DNA from: an uncultured bacterium
Lineage (GTDB): Bacteria > Bacteroidota > Bacteroidia > Chitinophagales > UBA10324
Assembly (NCBI GenBank): GCA_963977675.1
Contig: CAXBPY010000006.1
Span: forward strand, 3,714-67,713
Length of the DNA stretch: 64,000 bases
Direction: 5' to 3'
The position numbers were made by a program, and so were the translations under genes. This document shows, piece after piece, positions 27,399-35,758 of the stretch. Positions within the stretch are counted from its first letter, which is position 1, and every line of letters starts with the position of its first letter. Below the pieces are notes generated by a model. That model was given only the letters and a program-made list of their open reading frames with translations, was not told where the DNA came from and did no database searches.

Positions 27399-28415
27399 AT
27401 GAAAAAAATTCTTTACACTTTTATTTCTCTCTCTGTTTTTCTTTTCAGCGCCAAGGCGCAAACAACAGTTACGCGCATGCCCCTGATGGAAGAATTTACC
27501 AGCAGCACCTGTGGACCTTGCGCCGCTAACAATCCCACTTTCGATGCGATGTGTGATGCGAATGAGGGAACTTTCGTTTGCGTTAAATATCAAATGAACT
27601 GGCCTGGAAGCGGAGACATTTATTTTAATAACGATGGAAACACACGCCGTAATGCTTACGGAGTAAACGGTATTCCTGCTCTGTTTGTTGACGGAACATC
27701 AGTTGGCCAACCGGCACCTTTTACTTCAACCATGTTGCAAAATGAAGCCGCTATAGCAAGTCAGGTAATGATTGAGGCATACTACACCATAGTTGATTCA
27801 GAGCTTACAGTATTTGGCAACATATATTCTTATGCAGATTTTGATGGAAACAACCGTCGCTACATTGCAGTAGTTGAAAGACATACTTATAATAATGCGA
27901 GCAGCAACGGCGAAACTGAGTTCAATTATGTTGAACAAAAAGTTCTTCCGAACTCAGTAGGAGTTTATTTGAACGGACTGACTAATGGTGCTGTGTTTCC
28001 TTTTTCTCAAACAATTGATCTGCGCACAGTAACTCATATTGAAAATTATGACAACCTGATGTTTGCCGTCTGGGTACAAAATTCTGCAGGCGATAAAAAT
28101 GTGCGCCAGGCAGCATGGGCTACTTTCCCAACCGGTGTGCAGAACATAACTCATTCTTCAAGTGGAATTGTCAGCATATCTCCCAATCCATCTATATCTC
28201 AAACAATGATTCAGTATCAGTTGCAGGACAACTCTGTTGTATCAATGAATGTAGTGAATTCACTTGGCCAGGTGGTTTATGAAAAAAATATCGGGGCACT
28301 TGGTTTTGGATTGCATACTGAAATGTTTGATACCGAAAACCTCGCTGCCGGAGTTTATTACATTGATATGCAAATAGGGGGCAATCACTACAGACAACCA
28401 ATAGTTGTTCAATAG
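27399..28415 (+). CDS. secreted T9SS cargo protein with N-terminal thioredoxin-like CxxC region (Omp28-related?)
   Basis: Signal peptide MKKILYTFISLSVFLFSAKAQ, EEFTSSTCGPCA, and C-terminal CTD ISPNPSISQTMIQYQL...AAGVYYIDMQIGGNHYRQPIVVQ. Confidence 0.7.
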   Translation: MKKILYTFISLSVFLFSAKAQTTVTRMPLMEEFTSSTCGPCAANNPTFDAMCDANEGTFVCVKYQMNWPGSGDIYFNNDGNTRRNAYGVNGIPALFVDGTSVGQPAPFTSTMLQNEAAIASQVMIEAYYTIVDSELTVFGNIYSYADFDGNNRRYIAVVERHTYNNASSNGETEFNYVEQKVLPNSVGVYLNGLTNGAVFPFSQTIDLRTVTHIENYDNLMFAVWVQNSAGDKNVRQAAWATFPTGVQNITHSSSGIVSISPNPSISQTMIQYQLQDNSVVSMNVVNSLGQVVYEKNIGALGFGLHTEMFDTENLAAGVYYIDMQIGGNHYRQPIVVQ

Positions 28416-28431
28416 ATATCAGAAAACTTTG

Positions 28432-28470
28432 AAAAAAAAATCCTGATCGGTTTTCCGGTCAGGATTTTTT
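28432..28470. terminator. bidirectional rho-independent terminator
   Basis: An A9 run, then aaatcctgatcgg (28438-28450) pairing with ccggtcaggattt (28455-28467) around loop tttt, then a T6 run. Sits between convergent stops at 28415 and 28493. Confidence 0.8.
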
Positions 28471-28492
28471 GTTTGTACCCGAAACATGAAAA

Positions 28493-29470
28493 TTATTTCC
28501 TCGAGAGAACTCTCATCACTGCGTGCACCACATTCGGTGTATCAATTCCATACTTGGTCATCAGTTCTTCGGGCTTACCACTTTCACCGAACGAATCATT
28601 CACTGCTACCATTTCAATAGGAGCAGGATGATTTTTTGCCAGCACTCCGGCAATGCTTTCCCCGAGTCCGCCGAACTTGTTGTGTTCTTCTGCGGTCACT
28701 GCACAATTAGTTTTTTTCACAGAAGAAATAATTGCTTCTTCATCCAAAGGTTTTATAGTGTGAATGTTAATCACCTCACAGGAAATATTTTTTTCTGCTA
28801 GAATTTTTGCTGCCTCTATTGCTTTCCATACCAGGTGACCGCAAGCGAAAATGCTTACATCGGTTCCATCGCTCAACAGTTGTGCTTTACCAATGACGAA
28901 ATCACTTTCCCTGGTGAAGTTTGGTGTCTTCGGTCTGCCGAAACGCAAATACACCGGACCATTGTGATCAGCAATCGCGATCGTGGCAGCTTTTGTTTGG
29001 TTGAAATCGCACGGCACAATCACCGTCATACCCGGAAGCATTTTCATCATTCCGATGTCTTCAAGAATTTGGTGTGTGGCTCCGTCTTCACCAAGCGTAA
29101 GCCCTGCATGCGAAGCGCAGATCTTCACATTTTTTCCGCTGTAAGCTATGCTCTGCCGAATTTGATCATACACTCTTCCGGTAGAAAAGTTGGCAAAAGT
29201 TCCGGTGTATGGAATCATTCCGCCAATTGTTAATCCGGCTGCAACGCCCATCATGTTCGCTTCAGCAATTCCAACCTGAATGAAGCGCGCAGGAAATTCT
29301 TTTATGAATTCATCCATGCGAAGTGAGCCTGCGAGGTCGGCGCTGAGCGCAACCACTTTTTCATTGCGGCGCGCTACTTCTGCGAGTCCGGCGCCAAAGC
29401 CGCCGCGTGTTTCTTTCTTGTCTTTGTCGGTGTATTGATCGAGCATGGAGAGTGTTTCTTGTTCAAGCAT
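28493..29470 (-). CDS. transketolase, C-terminal (pyrimidine-binding + C-terminal domain) subunit
   Basis: FIQVGIAEANMMGVAAG and GEDGATHQILEDIGMM motifs. 325 aa, the typical split-tkt B subunit. Confidence 0.92.
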   Translation of the reverse strand: MLEQETLSMLDQYTDKDKKETRGGFGAGLAEVARRNEKVVALSADLAGSLRMDEFIKEFPARFIQVGIAEANMMGVAAGLTIGGMIPYTGTFANFSTGRVYDQIRQSIAYSGKNVKICASHAGLTLGEDGATHQILEDIGMMKMLPGMTVIVPCDFNQTKAATIAIADHNGPVYLRFGRPKTPNFTRESDFVIGKAQLLSDGTDVSIFACGHLVWKAIEAAKILAEKNISCEVINIHTIKPLDEEAIISSVKKTNCAVTAEEHNKFGGLGESIAGVLAKNHPAPIEMVAVNDSFGESGKPEELMTKYGIDTPNVVHAVMRVLSRK

Positions 29471-29473
29471 GAA

Positions 29474-30904
29474 TTAAAATTTTGCTGTGGCAGTTCCGCC
29501 TGATGTTATGATGATTTTTTGTTCCTGTGTGTCGCTTGTTTTTTTTGAACTCTTCGACCGGAAAACAACTTTGTAAGTTCCGGGTTGCAACGCTACAGTT
29601 TCTACTCCTGATTTTTCAGAGAGCGTATAAATTTTTTCCCACGATGTTCCGTTGAACCAGAGAATGCCGCCATAGCCATAGACAGATTTCTGAATCGTAA
29701 CTATTCCCGGAGAAGGAATAGTAATACTGGTGGTTTTGCTCTGTGAGACATCAACATTATATAGTTGCGTGCGAGGCAGAGTGAGGAATTCCAAATCATA
29801 TTTACCGCACAGGTATTTTTCGGTTGTGTTCAAATCCTGAACATCTACTGTTCCATATTGATCATGCACCTTCACCAGGCATTTAATTTTATTGCTTAAC
29901 ATGCTGTTGGTAATTGGTGTTTTCAAATTCACAAATAGATATCCCTGTGCAGCATCCAGAGAAATAATATTTGTGTTTTTCGGAAGAAGAGCAATGTCTT
30001 TTTTTTCAATTGGCGGCGTGGTTTGCACAACCAGATTATATGAACTTACCGGATCAAGATTCACCGTGTCAGGCGTGCCCTTGTAATTAATTGTGTGCAT
30101 ATAGTTGTATCGGATGGCGCCGCTGCCGTTATCATAGAATGTCATCACCGCATCGGTCTCACTTGGTTTATTATTTCTATCCATCAGGTTTACCTGAATG
30201 TAAGTGGGGCTCAGCGCAAGTGTGATGATAGAAAGCATTGCATCCTTAAAACCAACAGGATCATCTGCATTGTAGAAGGCGCCCATGCATTGTAATTTCT
30301 GAACTATGTCTTTGTCTTCGCGCAATCCAATGATGAATGGTTTTAAAAACGCACCGCTCTTTTGCAGGGCAAGTGAAACTGCACACGGATCGGCATTGCA
30401 GCTTTCTTCTCCGTCTGTAATCAGAATTAAAATATTTCTGCTGTTCGGGTCTTGCGGAAAATCTCCCGCAGCTTTTTCCAGTGACAAACTGATTGGAGTT
30501 ATTCCTTTCGGATGAAGATTTGCAATCGCCTCTTTCAACTGCGGGATATTATCCTTTGCAAACGGAACCAAAAGTTTTGTGTCGTTGCAGTCATGCATAT
30601 CAATTACCGATTCAGTTCCATATACACGAAGGGCAAGTTCAATATTGGGTTTGCGTTTGAGCGTGTCAATGATTTCGCTCACAATTTTTTTTGCATTATC
30701 CATTCTTGAAGCGCCTGACCATTGCTGGTTCATACTGTTTGAAACATCTACGAGAAAAAGAATGCGAGTGACACTTGTTGTTTGAGCTGAAGTAAAGTGA
30801 AAGGTGAAAAGTGAAAGGTGAAAAATGCAGAGCGAGAAATAGAAGTTCCACTTTTTCAAAAAGTGGAACTTATCAGCAATCCAAATAAATTTTTTCATAA
30901 TCAT
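29474..30904 (-). CDS. secreted von Willebrand factor A (VWA) domain protein, paralogue 2
   Basis: MIDAS motif LFLVDVSNSMN, ITDGEESCNADPC, beta-rich C-terminal half. The stop is 3 nt from the tkt C-subunit start; ATGA overlap with paralogue 1. Confidence 0.8.
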   Translation of the reverse strand: MIMKKFIWIADKFHFLKKWNFYFSLCIFHLSLFTFHFTSAQTTSVTRILFLVDVSNSMNQQWSGASRMDNAKKIVSEIIDTLKRKPNIELALRVYGTESVIDMHDCNDTKLLVPFAKDNIPQLKEAIANLHPKGITPISLSLEKAAGDFPQDPNSRNILILITDGEESCNADPCAVSLALQKSGAFLKPFIIGLREDKDIVQKLQCMGAFYNADDPVGFKDAMLSIITLALSPTYIQVNLMDRNNKPSETDAVMTFYDNGSGAIRYNYMHTINYKGTPDTVNLDPVSSYNLVVQTTPPIEKKDIALLPKNTNIISLDAAQGYLFVNLKTPITNSMLSNKIKCLVKVHDQYGTVDVQDLNTTEKYLCGKYDLEFLTLPRTQLYNVDVSQSKTTSITIPSPGIVTIQKSVYGYGGILWFNGTSWEKIYTLSEKSGVETVALQPGTYKVVFRSKSSKKTSDTQEQKIIITSGGTATAKF

Positions 30905-32256
30905 AACTTCACTGTTAAAACTTTATTCGACTGAATGGAAAAATTCTTTTGTTGTGTGAGATTACTGCGCTTACCCTTATCAGGGCGATAAATCAAAATA
31001 TACTCACCCGGCTGAAGTTTCAGTGTCTGAGGGTTTTTCATCCCATAGAAATCATAAACCTTTTTCAGTGAATTATTTTCTTTAATGAAAAGCTGAACCA
31101 CCATTAGTTGTGATGGAGCCACTGTCACTGTTCCCGGCATGGGAACATGAATGCTTTGTGTTTGGCTTTGCTGAAGTTTAACTCCGTATTTTTCAATTCG
31201 CGGTAGCGTGAGAATTTCTAAATCATATTCTCCTGTTAAGTATTTCCTTGAAGAATTAAAATCCTGCACATATAGAATTTCATCGCTGCCCGTTTTGCGC
31301 ACAATGCATTGTGGCGGAAAATAATTTGAAGTTTGCCCATCGAGGGTTAATTCCAGAGTTCCTTGCGGCACATCCACTGCAATGTTGTTATGCTTTCCGG
31401 GAAGCAGTTCAATATTATTTTTTTGAACAGGAGGAAAAGTGTGAATCACTAAATCATATTTTCCTTTCGGATCAAGTCGAAGCGTATCCGCATTTCCGTT
31501 TGCATCGAGTGTATGAACAAAATTGAAAAGCGTTTTGTGTGAATAATGATCAAGAAAACTCATCTCCACATTTGTTTCAGTTGGCAAGCCGTAAGCATCC
31601 AACAAATTCACCTGCACAGTGGTTTTGTTCAGTGCTTGCTTTATCACGGCACTCAGCACGCCACCGAATTCGGTTTCATCATTTACATCGTAAAAATTTC
31701 CGAGGCAGGTGAAAAAATTTTTGAGCGAATCACTAATTCCCAAACCGACAATATAGGGCTTGAGTACAATTCTTTTTTCATCGAATGATTTTGCAAGGTC
31801 GCATGGATTGCCGCCGCAGGTTTCAATTCCGTCAGATATTAAAATGATGGAGTTGAATGCAGTCGAGTCCTTAGGGAAATCATTGAGCGATTGTTCGAGG
31901 GCATAGGTGATGGGCGTTTGTCCTTTGGGTGAAATATGAGCGAGCGCATTTTTAATGTTCAATGAATTTTTTTTCGCGAACGGAACTTCCAGTTTCGTGT
32001 CCTTGCAATTGTGTTCAGCTTTCGGAAACTGATGACCGAGCACGCGCAGTGCAAATTCAACTTTCGGATTTGTTTTCTCTACGCTGTCAATAAAACTGAC
32101 TAACAGTTTTCCTGCTAGTTCAAATTTTACTTCATTGTTCCATTTCTCCTTCATGCTTCCGCTTCCGTCCAGCACAATTAGTACGCGCGAAACCTGGGCG
32201 AAATTTTTTTCGGCAATGAGAAAAAGAAAAACGAGAAGTAAAATCTTTTTCAGCAA
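30901..32256 (-). CDS. secreted von Willebrand factor A (VWA) domain protein, paralogue 1
   Basis: Signal peptide (TTG start) LKKILLLVFLFLIAEKNFAQ, MIDAS motif LIVLDGSGSMK, ISDGIETCGGNPC. Colinear with paralogue 2. Confidence 0.8.
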   Translation of the reverse strand: MLKKILLLVFLFLIAEKNFAQVSRVLIVLDGSGSMKEKWNNEVKFELAGKLLVSFIDSVEKTNPKVEFALRVLGHQFPKAEHNCKDTKLEVPFAKKNSLNIKNALAHISPKGQTPITYALEQSLNDFPKDSTAFNSIILISDGIETCGGNPCDLAKSFDEKRIVLKPYIVGLGISDSLKNFFTCLGNFYDVNDETEFGGVLSAVIKQALNKTTVQVNLLDAYGLPTETNVEMSFLDHYSHKTLFNFVHTLDANGNADTLRLDPKGKYDLVIHTFPPVQKNNIELLPGKHNNIAVDVPQGTLELTLDGQTSNYFPPQCIVRKTGSDEILYVQDFNSSRKYLTGEYDLEILTLPRIEKYGVKLQQSQTQSIHVPMPGTVTVAPSQLMVVQLFIKENNSLKKVYDFYGMKNPQTLKLQPGEYILIYRPDKGKRSNLTQQKNFSIQSNKVLTVKL

Positions 32257-32336
32257 TCAGAATGAGTTTGTATTAAAACGAAAAATATAAATGGATATTG
32301 TTTTTATAAACTGTTTATATGGATTCGACTTTTCAA

Positions 32337-33179
32337 TCAATAATCTACAAGCGTAAGCGGCAATTGTTCTAGAGCTTTTGCAAGTTGCGCATCATTGGGC
32401 GCTATGCCGTGCCATTCATGACTCCCCATCATAAAATCAACTCCGTATCCCATCACAGTTTTCATAAGCACCGCAACAGGCTTTCCTTTTCCAAGAAGAG
32501 ATTTTGCTTTCGTCATTGTGCTGAGAATTTCTTCCATCACATTTCCATTCATCTCTATTACTTCCCAACCGAATGATTCAAACTTCGCGCGCAGATCGCC
32601 AAGGTTCATCACTTTTGATACCGGTCCGTCAATTTGCTGCCCGTTCCAATCCACGGTTGCAATCATGTTATCGAGTTTGTGATGCGCTGCAAACATTATT
32701 GCTTCCCAGTTTTGTCCTTCTTCCAATTCTCCGTCACCATGCAATGAATAAACAATTGAAGAATCTCCATTCATCTTCTTTGCGTAAGCGGCTCCGCATG
32801 CTACTGATAATCCCTGTCCGAGTGAACCGCTTGCTACACGAACACCCGGTAAATGTTCGTGGGTAGTAGGGTGGCCCTGCAATCGGGTATTTAATTTTCT
32901 GAAAGTCGCTAATTCATTTACCGGAAAATATCCTGCGCGAGCCAGCACACTGTACCACACCGGAGAGATGTGTCCGTTTGAAAGAAAAAATAAATCTTCT
33001 CCTTTCCCATCCATTGAAAAATTTTTGTTCTGTTTCATGATTGAGAAATAAAGTGCAGTAATGAAATCGGCACAGCCAAGTGACCCTCCCGGGTGACCGG
33101 ATTGGCAGCCATGCACCATTCGTACAATATCGCGACGCACCTGTGTCGCCAGGTTTTTTAACTCTTCGAGAGAAGCCAT
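32337..33179 (-). CDS. transketolase, N-terminal (TPP-binding) subunit
   Basis: SGHPGGSLG, LSNGHISP, GSLGQGLS, HGDGELEEGQNWEA motifs. 280 aa. Confidence 0.92.
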   Translation of the reverse strand: MASLEELKNLATQVRRDIVRMVHGCQSGHPGGSLGCADFITALYFSIMKQNKNFSMDGKGEDLFFLSNGHISPVWYSVLARAGYFPVNELATFRKLNTRLQGHPTTHEHLPGVRVASGSLGQGLSVACGAAYAKKMNGDSSIVYSLHGDGELEEGQNWEAIMFAAHHKLDNMIATVDWNGQQIDGPVSKVMNLGDLRAKFESFGWEVIEMNGNVMEEILSTMTKAKSLLGKGKPVAVLMKTVMGYGVDFMMGSHEWHGIAPNDAQLAKALEQLPLTLVDY

Positions 33180-33349
33180 TGTGTTGTTTTAGTGTGGCGA
33201 AAATAATTTATGATGAAGGCGGAAGCCGACAGAATATTAACAGTGAAACCCATTTGGATTTTTACCGCTTATCGCAAGAACTTTGTAAAATGAATGGAAA
33301 GAATAATTTTCCACCTTCAAATAAAATAAAACCCGCACAAAATTCTCCG

Positions 33350-35620
33350 ATGAAAAAAATTTGCGCACTCTTTTCAGCAATCATACTTATGTTTTCCAAT
33401 GCATTTGCTACTGATGCTAATAGAAATTCTTTCACCGTACTTGAAAGCAATTCGACAAAAATTGTTTTGAAAGCAGAAGTTACAGGATTCAAACTTCTTC
33501 CGGTAGAAACACCTCAAGGAGTCCAATTTAAAGCTGTGATTGATAACGGAACATCGATTCTGGAAAAAGGGGCTCCGGATTTACAGAAACTTTGTGGATC
33601 TGTAATAGTGCCGGATCATAAAATGATGAAAATAACTTCTACCATTTTATCTTCTTCAACAGTTTCGAATATTGAAATCGCGCCCTCCAAAGGAAACCTT
33701 CTTCGCACAGTTGATCCATCAACAATTCCATTTACTTACTCAGAAATTTATTCAAGAAATTCTTTCTATCCTCAATCGGCAGCATTGCTTGCCGGTGATC
33801 CGTTTATAGTTCATGACTATCGCGGCCAAACTGTTCAGCTAAACGCTCTTCAATATAATCCCACCACTCAGGAGCTTAGAATAATTGAAAGTGTGATTAT
33901 TGAAATAACATTTAATGAATCAGCGGTTGTAAATCCGTTGGATCGAATTGCACCGTTAAACAGTGTATCGGAAGCATTCAATCTGGTTTACAAAAATTTG
34001 TTTTTGAATTATGACCTGGTTCAGCATCAAAACAGGTACTCAGCAATTACTGAAACAGGAAGGATGCTGATTATTTGCTATGACCAGTTCATGAATGACA
34101 TGAAAAATTTTGTTGATTGGAAAATGCAATCTGGAATGCAGGTAGATTTAATTGCCAAGAGCGCTGCCGGAACTTCATCGACCGCAATAAAGAATTATGT
34201 TCAAACTTATTACAATGCACATTCTGATATGGCTTACTTGCTTCTTGTTGGCGACGCTCCGCAGGTTCCATCCAGCAGTATTGGTGGAAATGATTCTGAT
34301 CAGAACTACGGATTCCTTGCCGGCAGTGATCATTATCCGGATATTATAGTTGGAAGATTTTCTGCTACTACTTCCGCAGAAGTATTAACTCAGGTGAACC
34401 GTGCAGTTTCTTATGAGAAAACTCCAAGTTCAGGAACCTGGTATAAGAATGCAGTCTGTATCGGTTCAGATCAAGGGTCTGCGAATGGCTACAACGGATT
34501 GGCTGATTGGGAATTTGAAAGAACAATTATCAGAGTTCCCTTACTAGGTTATAATTATACCTCAGTTAGTGAATTGTATGATGGCTCACACGGAAGTGGT
34601 GATGCCTCTGGTAATCCATCTGCATCTGATTTGTCTCCATTAATTAATGCGGGTGTCGGTGTTATAAATTATACGGGTCACGGAAATATTACATTGATTG
34701 GAACTACCGGATTCAATACAACAGATGTTGATGCTTTAACCAACACCAACATGTTTCCTTTTCTATGGATAGTTGGTTGCCAAACCGGAAACTTTGTTTC
34801 CAACACATGCTTCGGAGAGGCATGGGCGCGAGCAACCGACAATAGCGGAAACCCTGCAGGCGCAATAGGTTCCATGGTTTCAACTATTAATCAATCATGG
34901 CAGCCGCCAATGTGGGCGCAAGTAGAATTTAATAATGTGCTTACAGAAGGATCAACAAATATTCGCCGGACTTTCGGAGGCATTTCAGTTTGTGGCCTTG
35001 CATACATGAATGAAAATCAACCGGGCAATACTGACATGACGGATACCTGGACTTGCTTTGGTGATCCTTCGGTAATGGTTCGAACAGATGAACCAATGCC
35101 AATGACTGTAAGTCATGCAATGAATGTATATCGCATCGCAGCTAACTTTACTGTAAATTGTAATATCGAAGATGCATTGGTTTGCCTGTATTCAGGAAAC
35201 GAAATTCAAGGCACCGGAAAAATTTCAGGCGGACAGGCTACTATCAATTTTGTGAATGGAAATTTGAATGGAGTTGCTGATGATTCAATGATGGTGACTG
35301 TTACGGCATACAACAAAATTCCTTATCAGGGCTGGGTTCATATACTTGATTGGGGAACTTCAGCTCCAACAACCGGAGATGCCGGGTTTACGATAATTCC
35401 AAACCCTGCAGTTGACGAAATAACTTTGAATTTCGGAAATGATTCTTTCTCGAAAGGAACAGCAAAAATTTTTAACACTGCCGGTCAATTAATGAAAGAA
35501 ATTTCTTTCTCCGGAACAGTTGACCAGTCAATTGACATCCATAATCTTTCAGCAGGTCTTTACAATATTGAAGTAATGCTTGATGAAAAAATTTATCACT
35601 CTAAAGTGGTAGTCAGATAA
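33350..35620 (+). CDS. C25 family (gingipain-like) cysteine peptidase with T9SS type-A C-terminal domain
   Basis: Start set at MKKICALFSAIILMFSNAFA (signal peptide). YLLLVGDAPQVP, catalytic-His context INYTGHG, catalytic-Cys context IVGCQTGNF. CTD IIPNPAVDEITLNF...GLYNIEVMLDEKIYHSKVVVR. Confidence 0.85.
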   Translation: MKKICALFSAIILMFSNAFATDANRNSFTVLESNSTKIVLKAEVTGFKLLPVETPQGVQFKAVIDNGTSILEKGAPDLQKLCGSVIVPDHKMMKITSTILSSSTVSNIEIAPSKGNLLRTVDPSTIPFTYSEIYSRNSFYPQSAALLAGDPFIVHDYRGQTVQLNALQYNPTTQELRIIESVIIEITFNESAVVNPLDRIAPLNSVSEAFNLVYKNLFLNYDLVQHQNRYSAITETGRMLIICYDQFMNDMKNFVDWKMQSGMQVDLIAKSAAGTSSTAIKNYVQTYYNAHSDMAYLLLVGDAPQVPSSSIGGNDSDQNYGFLAGSDHYPDIIVGRFSATTSAEVLTQVNRAVSYEKTPSSGTWYKNAVCIGSDQGSANGYNGLADWEFERTIIRVPLLGYNYTSVSELYDGSHGSGDASGNPSASDLSPLINAGVGVINYTGHGNITLIGTTGFNTTDVDALTNTNMFPFLWIVGCQTGNFVSNTCFGEAWARATDNSGNPAGAIGSMVSTINQSWQPPMWAQVEFNNVLTEGSTNIRRTFGGISVCGLAYMNENQPGNTDMTDTWTCFGDPSVMVRTDEPMPMTVSHAMNVYRIAANFTVNCNIEDALVCLYSGNEIQGTGKISGGQATINFVNGNLNGVADDSMMVTVTAYNKIPYQGWVHILDWGTSAPTTGDAGFTIIPNPAVDEITLNFGNDSFSKGTAKIFNTAGQLMKEISFSGTVDQSIDIHNLSAGLYNIEVMLDEKIYHSKVVVR

Positions 35621-35643
35621 TTTTTAATATTGAATAAACACTT

Positions 35644-35678
35644 AAAGGGTCCTGATTATTTCAGGACTCTTTTTTTTG
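35644..35678 (+). terminator. rho-independent terminator after the C25 peptidase gene
   Basis: gtcctga (35649-35655) pairs with tcaggac (35661-35667), extendable to about 12 bp, followed by a T8 run. Confidence 0.75.
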
Positions 35679-35758
35679 TTGAAGAGGAAATATGAAATGA
35701 AGTATTGTAGCACAAAAGCTGAAGAACTCATGCAGATTCTTAAATTCGCGTTTGAAAG

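Noticed and set aside
33080-33349. 90-aa N-terminal extension of the C25 peptidase ORF in the track (start at 33080)
   Set aside because: The extension overlaps the transketolase N-subunit gene on the other strand by 100 nt and reads through the divergent promoter region. A canonical signal peptide, MKKICALFSAIILMFSNAFA, begins at 33350.
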